Origin: Octopus sinensis
Taxonomy: Eukaryota
Reading direction: 5' to 3'
DNA length: 64,000 nucleotides
NCBI RefSeq assembly: GCF_006345805.1
Contig: NC_043007.1
Span: 53,072,001-53,136,000 of the forward strand
Part shown: in pieces, positions 20,262 through 32,800 of the stretch
Layout of the letters: each line of letters opens with the position of its first letter
Numbering within the stretch: position 1 is the first letter of the stretch
Position numbers and translations under genes: made by a program
The notes under the pieces: generated by a model
Told to the model about the DNA's origin: nothing
Database searches by the model: none
What the model saw: the letters and a program-made list of their open reading frames with translations, nothing else

Positions 20262-21937
20262 GGATCTTTTCAATTGTGTGGCCAGGAGCCCAGATCTTTC
20301 TACTTAACTAAATAATTTGAAACTTCGTATGCTGGTACAGTGTTTCAAAACAAGACACAGGTTGGAACTAGTTTATTTGAGAAAAATCTATTTTATGACT
20401 TTAATCGTAGATTAAAACTGCGAATTTTAACCAATGAGATTGCTTGTTTTCATATTTAATACGTTACTGCATTCTGTTAGTGTGACGTAGAAAGCAGTTT
20501 TGTGACGTAGGCAACTGTGCACACACACACACATACATACATAGATACATACACACACACACATACATACAGATACACATACACCGAGTATTCACTCGAA
20601 AAAATTAAACACTGAATCGGCCATACATACATGTGTGACACACACACATACATAGATACATACACACACACACACATACATAGATACATACACACACACA
20701 TACATACAGATACACCGAGTATTCACTCGAAAAAACTAAACACCGAATCGGCCATACATACATACATACACACACATACATAGATACATACACACATACA
20801 TACATACATTCATACATATACACCGAGTAAAAAATTTCATCGTTATTGTTTTGTTTACATACCATATGTGGATCTTTTCAATTCTGAAGCCAGGACCACA
20901 GATCTTTCTACTTAACTAAATATTCTGAAACTTCGTATGCTGATAGAGTCTAGCAAAACAAGACACAGGTTGGAACTAGTTTATTTGAGAAAAATCTATT
21001 TTATGACTTTAATCGTAGATTAAAACTGCGAATTTTAACCAATCAGATTGTTTGTTTTCATGTGTAAAACTTGACTGCATTCTATTAGTGTGACGTAGAA
21101 AGCGCTTTTGTGACGTACTAACGTTCGGAAAACTGTAAACAAACACAGAACGTAACGGCAGACGAAATACGGCTACGCATTTCGCCCGGCGTGCTAACGT
21201 TTCTGCCAGCTCTTTGCTTTTTAATATTAAATTTCTTGCCTTTTGCACAAATAAATACAATAAGTGAAATGAAACGCATTAGCTTAGAAACGAAATCTTG
21301 TTAGAAGCCTCGTCACTGAGATGCCACTTCTTAATAGCAAACGAAAGCAAGTACTAACAGAATGGAAACATTTTCAATTTAATACATGTGGCTTATTAAC
21401 TAGTTTTAAATATTGTTATTAGAAGGTGGCTGACTATAGGATCCTGGAAACATGAGTACGTTAAATAATTAGAAGGAGATTTCACGGAGACATGCGGTCT
21501 GTTTACATTTAAGATGTTTAATACGTCACCAAATTGGTGGTCGAGACGGAGTAAATAAAATAAAGCCGAATGACGGAATATCATTGGTTAAAATTCTAAT
21601 TATTAAACAACGTTAAACTTAGAAGTTGACACATTCTACCAGTATACGAAGTTTCAAATTGTTTGGTTCAGTAGGAAAAATTTGAAAAAACTGGCTTCAG
21701 AATTGAAAAGATCCCCATATGTTTACTACGAGTAAATAATATGAAGCCGAAAGACGGAATACCATTGGTTAAAATTCTAATTATTAAACAATGTTAAACT
21801 TAGAAGTTACAATTCCGTTTTCATTCTGGTTTACAATTAAGTTTACTTTTGACACATTCTACCAGTATACGAAGTTTCAAATTGTTTGGTTCAGTAGGAA
21901 AAATTTGGAAAAACTGGCTTCACAAATGAAAAGATCC
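20262..21937. mobile_element. MITE (outer copy), ~24-bp TIR starting GGATC, 8-bp TSD CAGAATCG
   Basis: TSD at 20254-20261 and 21938-21945; TIRs GGATCTTTTCAATTGTGTGGCCAG / CTGGCTTCACAAATGAAAAGATCC. Confidence 0.85.
20870..21714. mobile_element. MITE (inner copy, same family), perfect 24-bp TIR, 8-bp TSD CCATATGT
   Basis: TSD at 20862-20869 and 21715-21722; TIR GGATCTTTTCAATTCTGAAGCCAG and its exact reverse complement. Confidence 0.9.
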
Positions 21938-22060
21938 CAGAATCGTAATCTTCGTATTTCGCAAAAAAAAAAAAAAAAAAGAAAAGAAATTTTACAAAAT
22001 GTTAATTTTAGAAAATTCTTTTCAGAATCGGATCCTCTATAATAAAAACGTGAGATTCTG

Positions 22061-22063
<3 letters not shown>

Positions 22064-22121
<58 letters not shown>
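22064..22121. repeat. (TA)n microsatellite
   Basis: Direct reading. Confidence 0.95.
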
Positions 22122-22124
<3 letters not shown>

Positions 22125-23005
22125 ACCGATAGTTATGACGGAAATATCGGATCTTGTATATTATCCGAAAGTCCTCTTTCCCCCATCCTGGGTCATTACC
22201 GCAATTTTCGCATAATTGTTAACACCCAGCAGGCTGGTTTATTATTATTTTTTTGTTCACGGGTGAAGATCTTTATATTAACATTTCTTACTACAGTCAC
22301 GGCTATCTATGTGTAATTAGTATTATCGGGTCATTTTCTGTTGGTTTGAATATTTTTTCATATAAACTTTTCACTTTGTTTAAATACAAACGTATTTACT
22401 TTCTATTTTACATGTAGAAGGGGTCTGGCGGAAATAAGCTTGCAGATATTAAATAATTTCTTATCAATATTTTAGAATAGATGCAAAGGAATTGTGCGAG
22501 TGATAAGGTAATAAATTGTACGACAGAACTTTTTGACACATTACAAAAATAAAACGAATTAAATATATCGGTATACGTATTTTAAACGGTAATCATAACT
22601 CGCCAACACATATCTATTGTAGTTCTCCATGTTATGTTAAAAATGTTAACAGATTATTCACTCCCTTATTTGTAACTCTTCAGTTTTCATTCATAAGACT
22701 TTATTTACAAACATTTTTTTCTGGAAGATTTTGAATGAATATGTAGTGCGTATTTTTCTGCATTTACTCCGCTGTTGAAAACAAGATTGATAAATCTATA
22801 TGAACAGACTTATCTCTATAATTAACAAAAAAGGTATTATTGTGGCATTTTCAACGACAGCATTTTTCTTTCTTTTATAACATTGTTTATTTTGATATCT
22901 TTCATAAATATTGTCCGGTATTACCGACACCTTGCGTGGATAAAAGACGAACAATCCAATGTGGTTATCAAGTGTAATTTAAGATTTTAGGTCTTTAATA
23001 TTTCG

Positions 23006-23289
23006 ATGTGTTATAAACAACTATCCCATGTAAGAACAAATATGATCAAGGCCACTATCTTTGTGTTGCTCCTGGCAATTATTTTCTATTATTCTTTGCG
23101 AAAATTGATACACGAAAGCTTCCTTCAAGATGGTAAATCACCAGGAAATATTTACATAAATCAAAAAAATATTCTTCATGAAATCAAACTGTACACTGGT
23201 CCAGAAAATACCAAAGCAATTTCTGAAGAACCCTTAGTTGATTCCAAGTTTGACGTGCAACCTATAATGGAAGGATCGAAGAAAAACAA
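23006..23289 (+). CDS. GXYLT1: Probable first coding exon of the GXYLT-like glycosyltransferase (type II transmembrane anchor and stem)
   Basis: Hydrophobic ATIFVLLLAIIFYYSL after a short basic N-terminus (ATG at 23006 or 23042). Donor AA|GTGAGG at 23290 is phase 2, matching the phase of the exon at 55197. Linkage is inferred. Confidence 0.6.
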
Positions 23290-24177
23290 GTGAGGAACTT
23301 TTGATATTCTAAATTGGATAATGAAAGATTAACTTGTTTAAATAAATGATTATAGAGCTGAGGATGACAAAAGTGTAAGAGATTAAACAAAATGTTATGC
23401 CTTGTTTATGTTTCTCTGCGTACTGAGTTCTGGCGAAGTCGTCAAAATACGTACGGCTTAAATACCGACGAGGTCGATATGATTATATAATTTCTGCAGT
23501 TATGTTAGTCAGATGATATTTTGCACAATTGTTTTTCAGAGTGAACTATTTAATGATATTTCAAAAATGTCGGAGAAATGCTGGGGATCTTTTTTCGTTT
23601 TCTTCCAACCACAAATCTTATTCTAAAAATTCTCAAAAATTTACTTTTGATATAGTTTTGTATACTGACAACGAATTTAAATTTACGTACTTTTAGCCAA
23701 GTCAGTGTGCTCGCAGCGGAAGTCGAAACTGTTGTCATGACAATTCTAGTGTATCGTTTACTCCTATTGCTGTGAGTGAAAGAATTGACAGCTACTAGAT
23801 TTGGTAAGAAGGAATTTGGAATTGGTAACACTAACGCAGTAGATTATACTATTTATTTATGGGATATCTGCGTGGAAGATTTGCCCCGCAATGCAATGAA
23901 AATTAATGGTGGTCCCCTGCGGAATTGTGGAAATAGACGAAACTGCATTTTAGAGGAGAAAATAAAATCGGGGGTTGAATGCGGCGCATATGGCGGAGAC
24001 GTAAACTGAACCCTCCCCTCTTTGGAAAATTTGGAGCACCTTTGGAAACGCACCTCCCCAAGAAAATGAAATGCTAACAAAAAAGGTTATGAAAATGCAA
24101 AATATATACAAAATAAATTATGTATGCTAACAATTAGAAAGATTCAGCCATTTAAAAATATTTTATACTAAAAAATA

Positions 24178-24930
24178 GAACACCGAAAACGAGCACTCTC
24201 GAATATAAACAAACATGTCGAACGATACAAGGAGTGGGGTAATTTACTTTTACCAGTCAGTTATTATTAATGATACGAGGAGCCCGACAATATCGTTTGC
24301 AAATTCTTGTTTATAATCAATTTTTTTTACTGTGCACACTTGTTAGGGTTAGGTGGTGTGCTTTACCTTCGCCCATTTTATGGTGTTGTGATATACGATA
24401 TAAATAATTAAAAAACAATAGGGTAAATATCGGCCCGGGTTAAATACTATAGTTTAAAGGCCATGGACTGAAGATGGGGAATTTTTTTTTGTTTGTCTTT
24501 GTGCCCGGGTCAGATCCGGAACATTCATATCGTGAATGTTCCGAGTCCTCTCCTCCAACCCCCTTTCGCGAGCGCGCATTTTTTTTTGTCATATTCGTTT
24601 AAAGCAAGTTGTTTTACACCTATTACACTTTTTTTATTGTTTTTATGACCGGGTCAAACGCTTTAGTTTGACCGTATGCAAGTTTTGTTATTTTTATTTT
24701 TGTTTTCAGTTTACAGAGAAAATAAATTACAGAACATATAACTCATTGGCTATTTGGCCCCTCGTATCATTAATAATAGTTGACTCGTAAAAGTAAATTA
24801 CCTCCCCCTGTTTCATCCAACATGTTTATTTGTATTCGCGAGTGCCCGTTTTCCGTTTGTTTTACTTTTAAGTTTTTTTTTTGGATTTGGTTTACAAGAT
24901 TCTTTATATAAGTTCGTATGTTGAAGCATA
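24178..24930. mobile_element. Insertion with ~105-bp inverted ends (24178-24285 / 24755-24856), carrying a unit of the 34822 foldback family
   Basis: GGTAATTTACTTTTACCAGTCAGTTATTATTAATGATACGAGG pairs with CCTCGTATCATTAATAATAGTTGACTCGTAAAAGTAAATTACC; 24455-24660 matches 36315-36460. Confidence 0.65.
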
Positions 24931-26271
24931 TTCTGTTGTGTCTGGGGAGAGTCATTTTCTTTTTGTGCCTCATAATTTAACACACTCACCGGAAAAAATT
25001 TCCACTTATTTCTTATTTTTATTTTCCTAAAACTTTCGTTGTCTTGCAACCTTTTCGGCAATGTTTCGATTGTATTAGCACGCTTGTAGCACGTTTCCGT
25101 CGATTTCCTCCGTCGATTTCCGTAAAAAACTTTTATTTTTTTATATATGGCTTTGCGGGAACATTTGAAGTAATGAGAGCGAAAGAGACTAAGAGGAAGC
25201 GATTTTATGACGAGGAAATTTCTTTTGAAGCTATGAAAGCATTGATGTACATGTGTGTGTGTGTTTGATGGGGTGTGGGAGACAGACAGTATGTTGTGTG
25301 TGCGAAGAGACAGAGAGAGTAATGTGTGAAAGAGAGAGATAACTGAAATTTTTTACTCGGTGTATGTGTATATGTATGTCTGCATGTATGTGTGTGTGTG
25401 TATGTATGTGTGTGTGTGTAAGTATGTGTGTATGTATGTATGGCCGATTCAGTGTAATTTTTTACACATACTTACACACACACACATACATAGATACATA
25501 CACACACACACATACATGCAGACATACATATACACATACACACACACACATACATGCAGACATACATATACACATACACCGAGTAAAAAATTACACTGAA
25601 TCGGCCATACATACATACATATATACACACATACACATACACACACACACATACATACGCACACACACACACATACATTCAGACATACATATACACATAA
25701 ACCGAGTAAAAAATTACACTGAATCGGCCATACATACATACACATACATAGATACATACACACATACATACATACATTCAGACATACATATACACATACA
25801 CCGAGTAAAAAATTACATTGAATCGGCCATACATACACACACACATGCATAGATACATACATACACACATACATACACACACATACATACATACACACAC
25901 ACATACATAGATACATACACACACACACATACATGCATACATACATATACACATACACCGAGTAAAAAATTTCAGTTATCTCTCTCTTTCACACATTACT
26001 CTCTCTGTCTCTTTGCACACACTAACAGAAGCACTTCACTTACACAACATACTGTCTGTCTCCCACACCCCATCAAACACACACACACATGTACATCAAT
26101 GCTTTCATAGCTTCAGAAGAAATTTCCTCGTCATAAAATCGCTTCCTCTTAGTCTCTTTCGCCCTCATTACTTCAAATGTTCCCGCAAAGCCATATATAA
26201 AAAAATAAAAGTTTTTTACGGAAATCGACAGAAATGTGCTACAAGCGTGCTACTACAAACGAAACATTGCC

Positions 26272-29159
26272 ACCTTTTCAATAGTCTTGACTCTGTCCGT
26301 TATTTACACTGCGTTCCTTTTTGTTTGTTTGTGCGCATGTTTGTGGGTCAGTGTGTGTATGTATGTGTGCATGTATATATGTGTGTGTATGCATTTGCAT
26401 GTCCGTGTTTGTGTATTGTTTATGTATGTGTGTGTGAGCATGTGTTTGTAGATGTATGCACAAGTGTGTGTGTATATATGGTCATGTGTTTGAGTCTCCA
26501 TTTGCATATATGTACTTGTCTGTTCTTATAACTTATGTACCTATCCGTCTGCATGTTGATCTGTTTCTTTTCATATCCTTATGCTTACATACAAAAAGGC
26601 ATGAGAGAAGTTACACCACAGGAACATGAAAGAGTGGAAAAACTCTTCAATGCACACATGGGAATGTGGTGCAACATACTCCAACCTATAAAAAGGACGG
26701 CACACAACTTCCAAGCATCCAACAATGATGTTCCTTCACTATACGGGTTACGCAAAGACCACAAACCCTACATAAACCCTGTCACGGGGCACCCAACCAG
26801 ACTAGCTTGAGGAGCGAACATCTCCAGCAACTGTAGACTGTCCTACTTTCTCTCATAGAGATGTTTCCGGATGTCAGTGTGAGTACGGAAGATCTCAATA
26901 AAATCAGTACTTGCAACCACTCCAACGACCTCACAGGTTGTGTAGTGGGTAGTATGAATGTGATTTCACTCTACCCATCTATAGACATAGATTTTGCTGT
27001 AGAGAAATGCATTCAGGTAATCTGTGAGAGTGAAGTGGAATTCCGTAAGGTCAACTCTAGGGAACTGGGCCTCCTCCTCAGACTATGCTTTGACAGTAAC
27101 TATTTAGATGACCATGACCTCAATAGATTCTGCCCCACCAGGTCACTGAGGGAAAGACCACTCACCATCACTTCAGCAGTGAAGAAAGGCACCACAGAGT
27201 GTTGGACCGCACCCACCCAACACCCTGAGAACAGCAATCAGGTGAAAGTAATGATTGCATATGCAATAGGGGCCAGTGTAAAAACCACCTTGAAGAACCA
27301 CATAGTAAAGTTTAATAAAAAAAAAAAAACTATACATGCAGGTTCAAGGTGCAGCCATCGGTGTAGGTGTAACTGGAGATTTGGCTGGCCTCTTCATGAC
27401 CTGGTGGGACAGAAAACTTAAACAAATGTTAGCAGAACAGTCCACAACTCTTCTACTCTACAGTAGATATGTAGATGACATTAATATCATAGTTAGGACC
27501 AACTCTAATGACGGTAATGTAGAAACTGAGAAGAACGTAATGGAGAGTATCCAGCAAAAAGCTAACCCCATCCACCAAAGTTTCAAGTTAACTATAGATT
27601 ACCCCACTAAGAACCCTAACAATAGACTTCCTGTACTTGATACTGAACTTTGGTTAGAGACTGTGAACAATAGAGTGCAGCTCCTCCACTCCTATTACAT
27701 GAAACTCATAACTTCAAAATATGTTGTTCACAAGAACTCAGCTTTGTCACACAACATGAAAATTAGCATACTGATAGCAGACTTAATTAGAATAATGAAC
27801 TATGTGTCCCCACTATGCGAACCCTATGAAATGAAAAAAACATATACAGAACTTCATGCACCGCATGCAGTTCTCTGGATATAATCAGAAAGATAGGATT
27901 TGAGTATACAGTGGGGCTAGAAAGAAATTAGACAACATTATATGTAATGATATCAGTGGTATCTGCCCTAAATATAGAAACAAAGAATAGGATACAAAGA
28001 ACTTGTGACACAGCAAACAGGGCGAACACGTGGTATAAAACTGACAAATATCAAAAAGTGATGTTTGTAGAGCCCATGGAGAACTAGCCTGTAGATTTAG
28101 AAAAGATCTGAAGGAGACCAAACTCAACATTAAGATTGCTGAAAAACCAGGGAACTCCGTCAGATCACAACTATGTAGGACGTATCATATGCATCAATGA
28201 TAATTGCATGGTATGTAGGATTAGTCCTGGCATTAACTGTAGAACTCGAAATGTAGTTTACAGCATAAGATGCATAGAAGGTGCTTGTAAAGACATGAAC
28301 ATGACATACATAGGGGAAACATCTATGAGCATTGCGGAACGACTAAATGAACATTTGAGACAATATGATGACAAAAATCAGTCCTCCATACTCTACCAAC
28401 ATGCCAAAGACCATCATGGGGGCAACTTGGGTCAACTTGACATCTGCATCTTAACCAAGCACCCAAAAGACCCAACACTCAGATAAATATGGGAGTATGT
28501 CCTTATAAATGAAACTTTCCCAATACTAAATAGTAGATATCATAACTCCATACCCACAATTTACACAGGTAGAGTAGAATAGTTAGTGGACTGTTATGTA
28601 GATAGATGTATGTGTGAGTGGGTGTGTATGCACATGCTTTTTTTTTTTGTATGTAAGCATATGGATATGAAAAACAGATCAACATACAGATGGATAGGTA
28701 CATAGGTTATAAGAACAGACAAGCACATATATGCAAATGGAGACTGAAACACATGACCATATATACAGACACACTTTACTCCATGCAAGGACGCATATGG
28801 AGACACGGGTCCGCATATATAAAGATGCACATCCATACATACAAACATGGTACATAGTTGAAAAACACAGACACAAGGAGACAGAGGTGCATACATCTAC
28901 AAACACATGCTCACACACACACATAGAAAATACACAAACACGGACATGCAAACACATGAATATGCAGAATACATACATACAAATGCACACACATACATAC
29001 ATATATACATATGCATACACACACACACATATACATACACACATGCATACATACGTACATGTATACATGCATAGGCACACACACACGCTGACCCACACAC
29101 ATGCGCACAAACAAACAAAAAGGAACGCAGCGTAAATAACAGACAGAGTCAAAACTATT
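26272..29159 (+). mobile_element. Penelope-like element (RT + C-terminal GIY-YIG, possibly Naiad-type), 5'-truncated, with inverted copy of its 3' end at the 5' end
   Basis: GSMNVISLYPSID, QVQGAAIG, SRYVDD, LPVLDTELW; CRTRNVVYSIRC...TYIGETSMSIAERLNEH. 26272-26597 is the reverse complement of ~28640-29167. Confidence 0.85.
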
Positions 29160-29321
29160 GAAAAGGTTGCAAGACAATGAAAATTTTAGGAAAATAAAGA
29201 TAAGAAATAAGTGGAAATTTTACCAGTAAAGAAAATGACTCTCCTCAGACACAACAGAATTATTTTTTAGTATAAAATATTTAAAAATGGATGAATCTTT
29301 CTAATTTTTTTGCATACATAG

Positions 29322-29690
29322 GCACAGGAGTGGCTTTGTGGTAAGTAGCTTGCTTACCAACCACATGGTTCCGCGTTCAGTCCCACTGCGTGGCACCTTG
29401 GGCAAGTGTCTTCTACTATAGCCTCGGGCCGACCAAAGCCTTGTGAGTGGATTTGGTAGACGGAAACTGGAAGAAGCCTGTCGTATATATGTATGTATAT
29501 GCGTGTATATGTTTGTGTGTCTGTGTTTGTCCCCCCACCATTGCTTGACAACCGATGCTGGTGTGTTTATGTCCCCGTAACTTAGCGGTTCAGCAAACGG
29601 ACTGATAGAATAAGTCCTGGGGGCGATTTACTCGACTAAAAGGTGGTGCTCCAGCATGGCCACAGTCAAATGACTGAAACAAGTAAAAGA
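29322..29690 (+). mobile_element. Octopus-type SINE
   Basis: GGAGTGGCT.TGTGGTAAGTAGCTTGCTTACCAACCACATGGTTCC.GGTTCAGTCCCACTGCG...CAAATGACTGAAACAAGTAAAAGA; matches 45525-45910. Confidence 0.85.
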
Positions 29691-29888
29691 GTATACATCA
29701 TTTATTTTGTATATATTTTCCATTGGCATTCTTTCGATATAACTCGGCAAAATCAAAACATTTCACTTCAGGTATTTCCGTGGGAGCAAATGACAGTTCG
29801 ATTCTGTTTTTTGCTTGAAAATTTGCGGATTTTACATACACACATGAAACAGGTAAGAACAAATATGCAAGGTTTTTTTTTCTTCAAG

Positions 29889-32800
29889 TTTAAAATGGAA
29901 TCTTTATTATGATCATGAGGATCTTATATAGAATGGGACAATACAGGGCAAACAAAAACAAAAATGTTATGTGAGTTCATATGAGTTACATGTAAAAATT
30001 TACTTAAAAATATTTTATATAACGATTAAATTTTCCTTTAACAAGGACTTTTTTTAAAAAATAAAACGAAAACAAAGAAAGAAAAACGAACAAAAAGATT
30101 AAAAGATCGAACCCGGCAGTCTATAAAGCCCAGCAACGATCTTTTCCTTTCATCAATGATTAAACTGGGTTACTAACACCCACCTTTCTCATCACATCCT
30201 TCCATCGTTTCTCGTATTCTCTCGGAAGCAGGTTCCTCCTCTCCAACCCCATCTTGCTCTTCAGGTGGTATCTGAAGTAAGACAGCAAACCGGGGCCAGA
30301 GATGAAGGACCCTTTCACCGAACCTTCCATTCTCTTTCTGCAAACAGACTCTTTCAGTACTGCAACCGTACAGTAAAAACGTGCCTTACCTTCCTTTGTG
30401 AGTCCAGTTGGCGGTATCCTCTTTATTATAGATTCAGCTGACAGCTGTACTCGTCCTAGATGTGACAGCACGTGTTCGACGTAACTTATCAAGCTAGATA
30501 GCTCCCGACATTGTACAATAGCATGCTGGACAGTTTTCTTGTCCACTCCGCATCTTGGACACGTCGGTGACACTGGTACTCCGTGTCTGGATAACTTATC
30601 TCGAACAGGTAAAGCGTTCCTATAACACTGCCAGGTCAGGGATTTTTGGAAGTTATCCAAATACCCTGGCCTGAAAGTTTTTTTAAACAGGTTGGTGAGT
30701 TGGTTCTCATCGAACCCCAGAGCCCCTCCTAGGACGTCATTGTTTTTTTCCTCTACCAGCCCTCTATAGAACACCGAGGTGGTATTCCCGCTGCTGGCCT
30801 TGCCCGCCTTGTGGATCAACCAGAGTGCCTGACGGCACTCCTTCTGCCATGAAGTCAGGTTTCGTCTTTTAATGTCTGCGCATCTTCAGCCAGGGTATCC
30901 CCAGTCCACCCTTTAATGGTTCCTGGCAGCAAACGGAGCGCTTCACAAGTGGCTTTCCTCCCTTCCACAAAAAGTGGAAGAGGATTCGTTCCAACTTGTT
31001 TAGCCAAAAATCGGGGCAAGACACCACGGACAGGCGGTAGGTGATTACAGATCACCTATCTATAAACTATAAACACCTGCACCACCTCCGCCCTGCCCTT
31101 CAAGGACAGAAGCCTTCCATACTATGGCCTCCACCTTCTTCACTACCTCGGCCCAATTCTTCTCCGCCTGGGAGTCCGGACCAAACCAAACTCCGAGCAA
31201 CTTAACAGGACCATCTGTCCAGATTATCCTGAATCGACCTGCCTGGGATTGCACATGTCTGTGCCTTCCCGACAAGTTTCTTCACGACAACTGTCAACCT
31301 TTTTGCTAGCACCTTGGCCAAAATCTTTAACTCTACATTAAGTAGGATTATGGGCCTGTAATTACTGATACTATCCCCCTTGCTCGGGTCTTTCTGGACC
31401 ATTGTCACAACTCCCCGCCAGTATATCCCCGAACAAGTCCGGCATACAACGATAAAACTCATAGGGCAGACCATCTAACCCCGGCGACTTTTCCCCGGCG
31501 CACTCAGCCAACACCTCTTTTACCTCCTAGGGCGTGATCGGTCCTTCACAGCATTCAACCTCACATGTCGAAAGTCGCGGCCCACCGGCTAGGAAGTCAT
31601 TTAAGGGCTCACTCACTCAAGCGGACCACTCTCCCCGAACAACTGAGCAAAATGTTAGTGAAAGACTTTCTGAATCTCCTCCTGTCCATAGATCTTGCGT
31701 CCCCATTCGTCCGTTAAAGACTTTATAGAGGACATTTTACCTCTCTGACTCTCCACATGACGTGCCCATTTCCCTGCGCGTAGCTTGGCTCTGACTCTGC
31801 AGCCTTCATGCTTGGCGTTACAAGACCTTTCTCGCTGCCAACACTCTAGATGCAGAGCCAGATTCCATTGCCTCGTCTAAGTTCTTCACTAAATCGCCCT
31901 CTATTCCAGTCCTATCTAAACTTAGCTGCTTGCTAAATCTAATGGACTCTGAACGAATAGCTCTTTTGAGGGCGTGCTACCATCTATTGTTAATGATGGT
32001 GACACATAATGCCCTCTGAACTAACTCCTTAATCCGGGTACGGAAAGCTTCACAAGTCAAAATAGACTTGTTCATTTTCCAGTACCCGGGTCTGACATTT
32101 ATCTACATTTACCTCACACGTCACAAGTTTGTGATCCGGGTAAGGCACAATACAAAATTGTGGACAACTAACACTATTCTTATCTCTTTCCTTAATAAAT
32201 ACCCTATCTAGGTACGATCTGTGTGAGCCATCGTTGTTACTCCACGTCCACTGTGGAACGTTCGGCTCATCCAGTCGGTAAAGGTCTACTAGATTATAGC
32301 TCTCTAGTAGACCCTTGAGGCATGGATTCCCTTTTCTATCAGTTGAGCCCACACTATCGACCTGCACTTTGAGGATAGTGTTGAAGTCCCCTAACAAAAC
32401 TAACGTTTTAGACGTCACTAGAAAGTGCTCCAGGTTCCGATAAAAACCAGACTGCCTACACTTCTCAGGAGCACAGACAGCTACCAACCTGAAGGACTGT
32501 TTACTCACATGAGTCACATCTAGTACAACCAGCCTGCCTTCTGGGTCCAGAAAGACAGTACTTATCTGTAAGTCCAAGTTCTTCCTGATAAGGACTGCTA
32601 CGCCTGCACCCCCTCCTCGGCTAGGAGAAATACATTTCTCGTAACCATCCAGAAGAGGCGACAACGCTTGAGGTTCACTCATCTTGGACTCAGTTACAAT
32701 TACAACATCTATTCTATGTGTCATGAGGTCGTTCAGAAAACAAGCTTGTTTCCATCTCGACCCCATTCCACGTACATTCAAACAACCTAACTTAATCATT

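Larger units (their letters stand above)
24098..29722. repeat. Composite palindrome centred near 25450, interrupted by three later insertions
   Basis: Arm pairs: 25055-25430 / 25470-26271, 24931-25055 / 29160-29262, 24118-24177 / 29263-29321, 24098-24125 / 29693-29722. Confidence 0.8.

Noticed and set aside
25340-25975. Regularly spaced 33-bp repeats as a CRISPR array
   Set aside because: The spacers are CA/CATA microsatellite variants of one another, not unique sequences.
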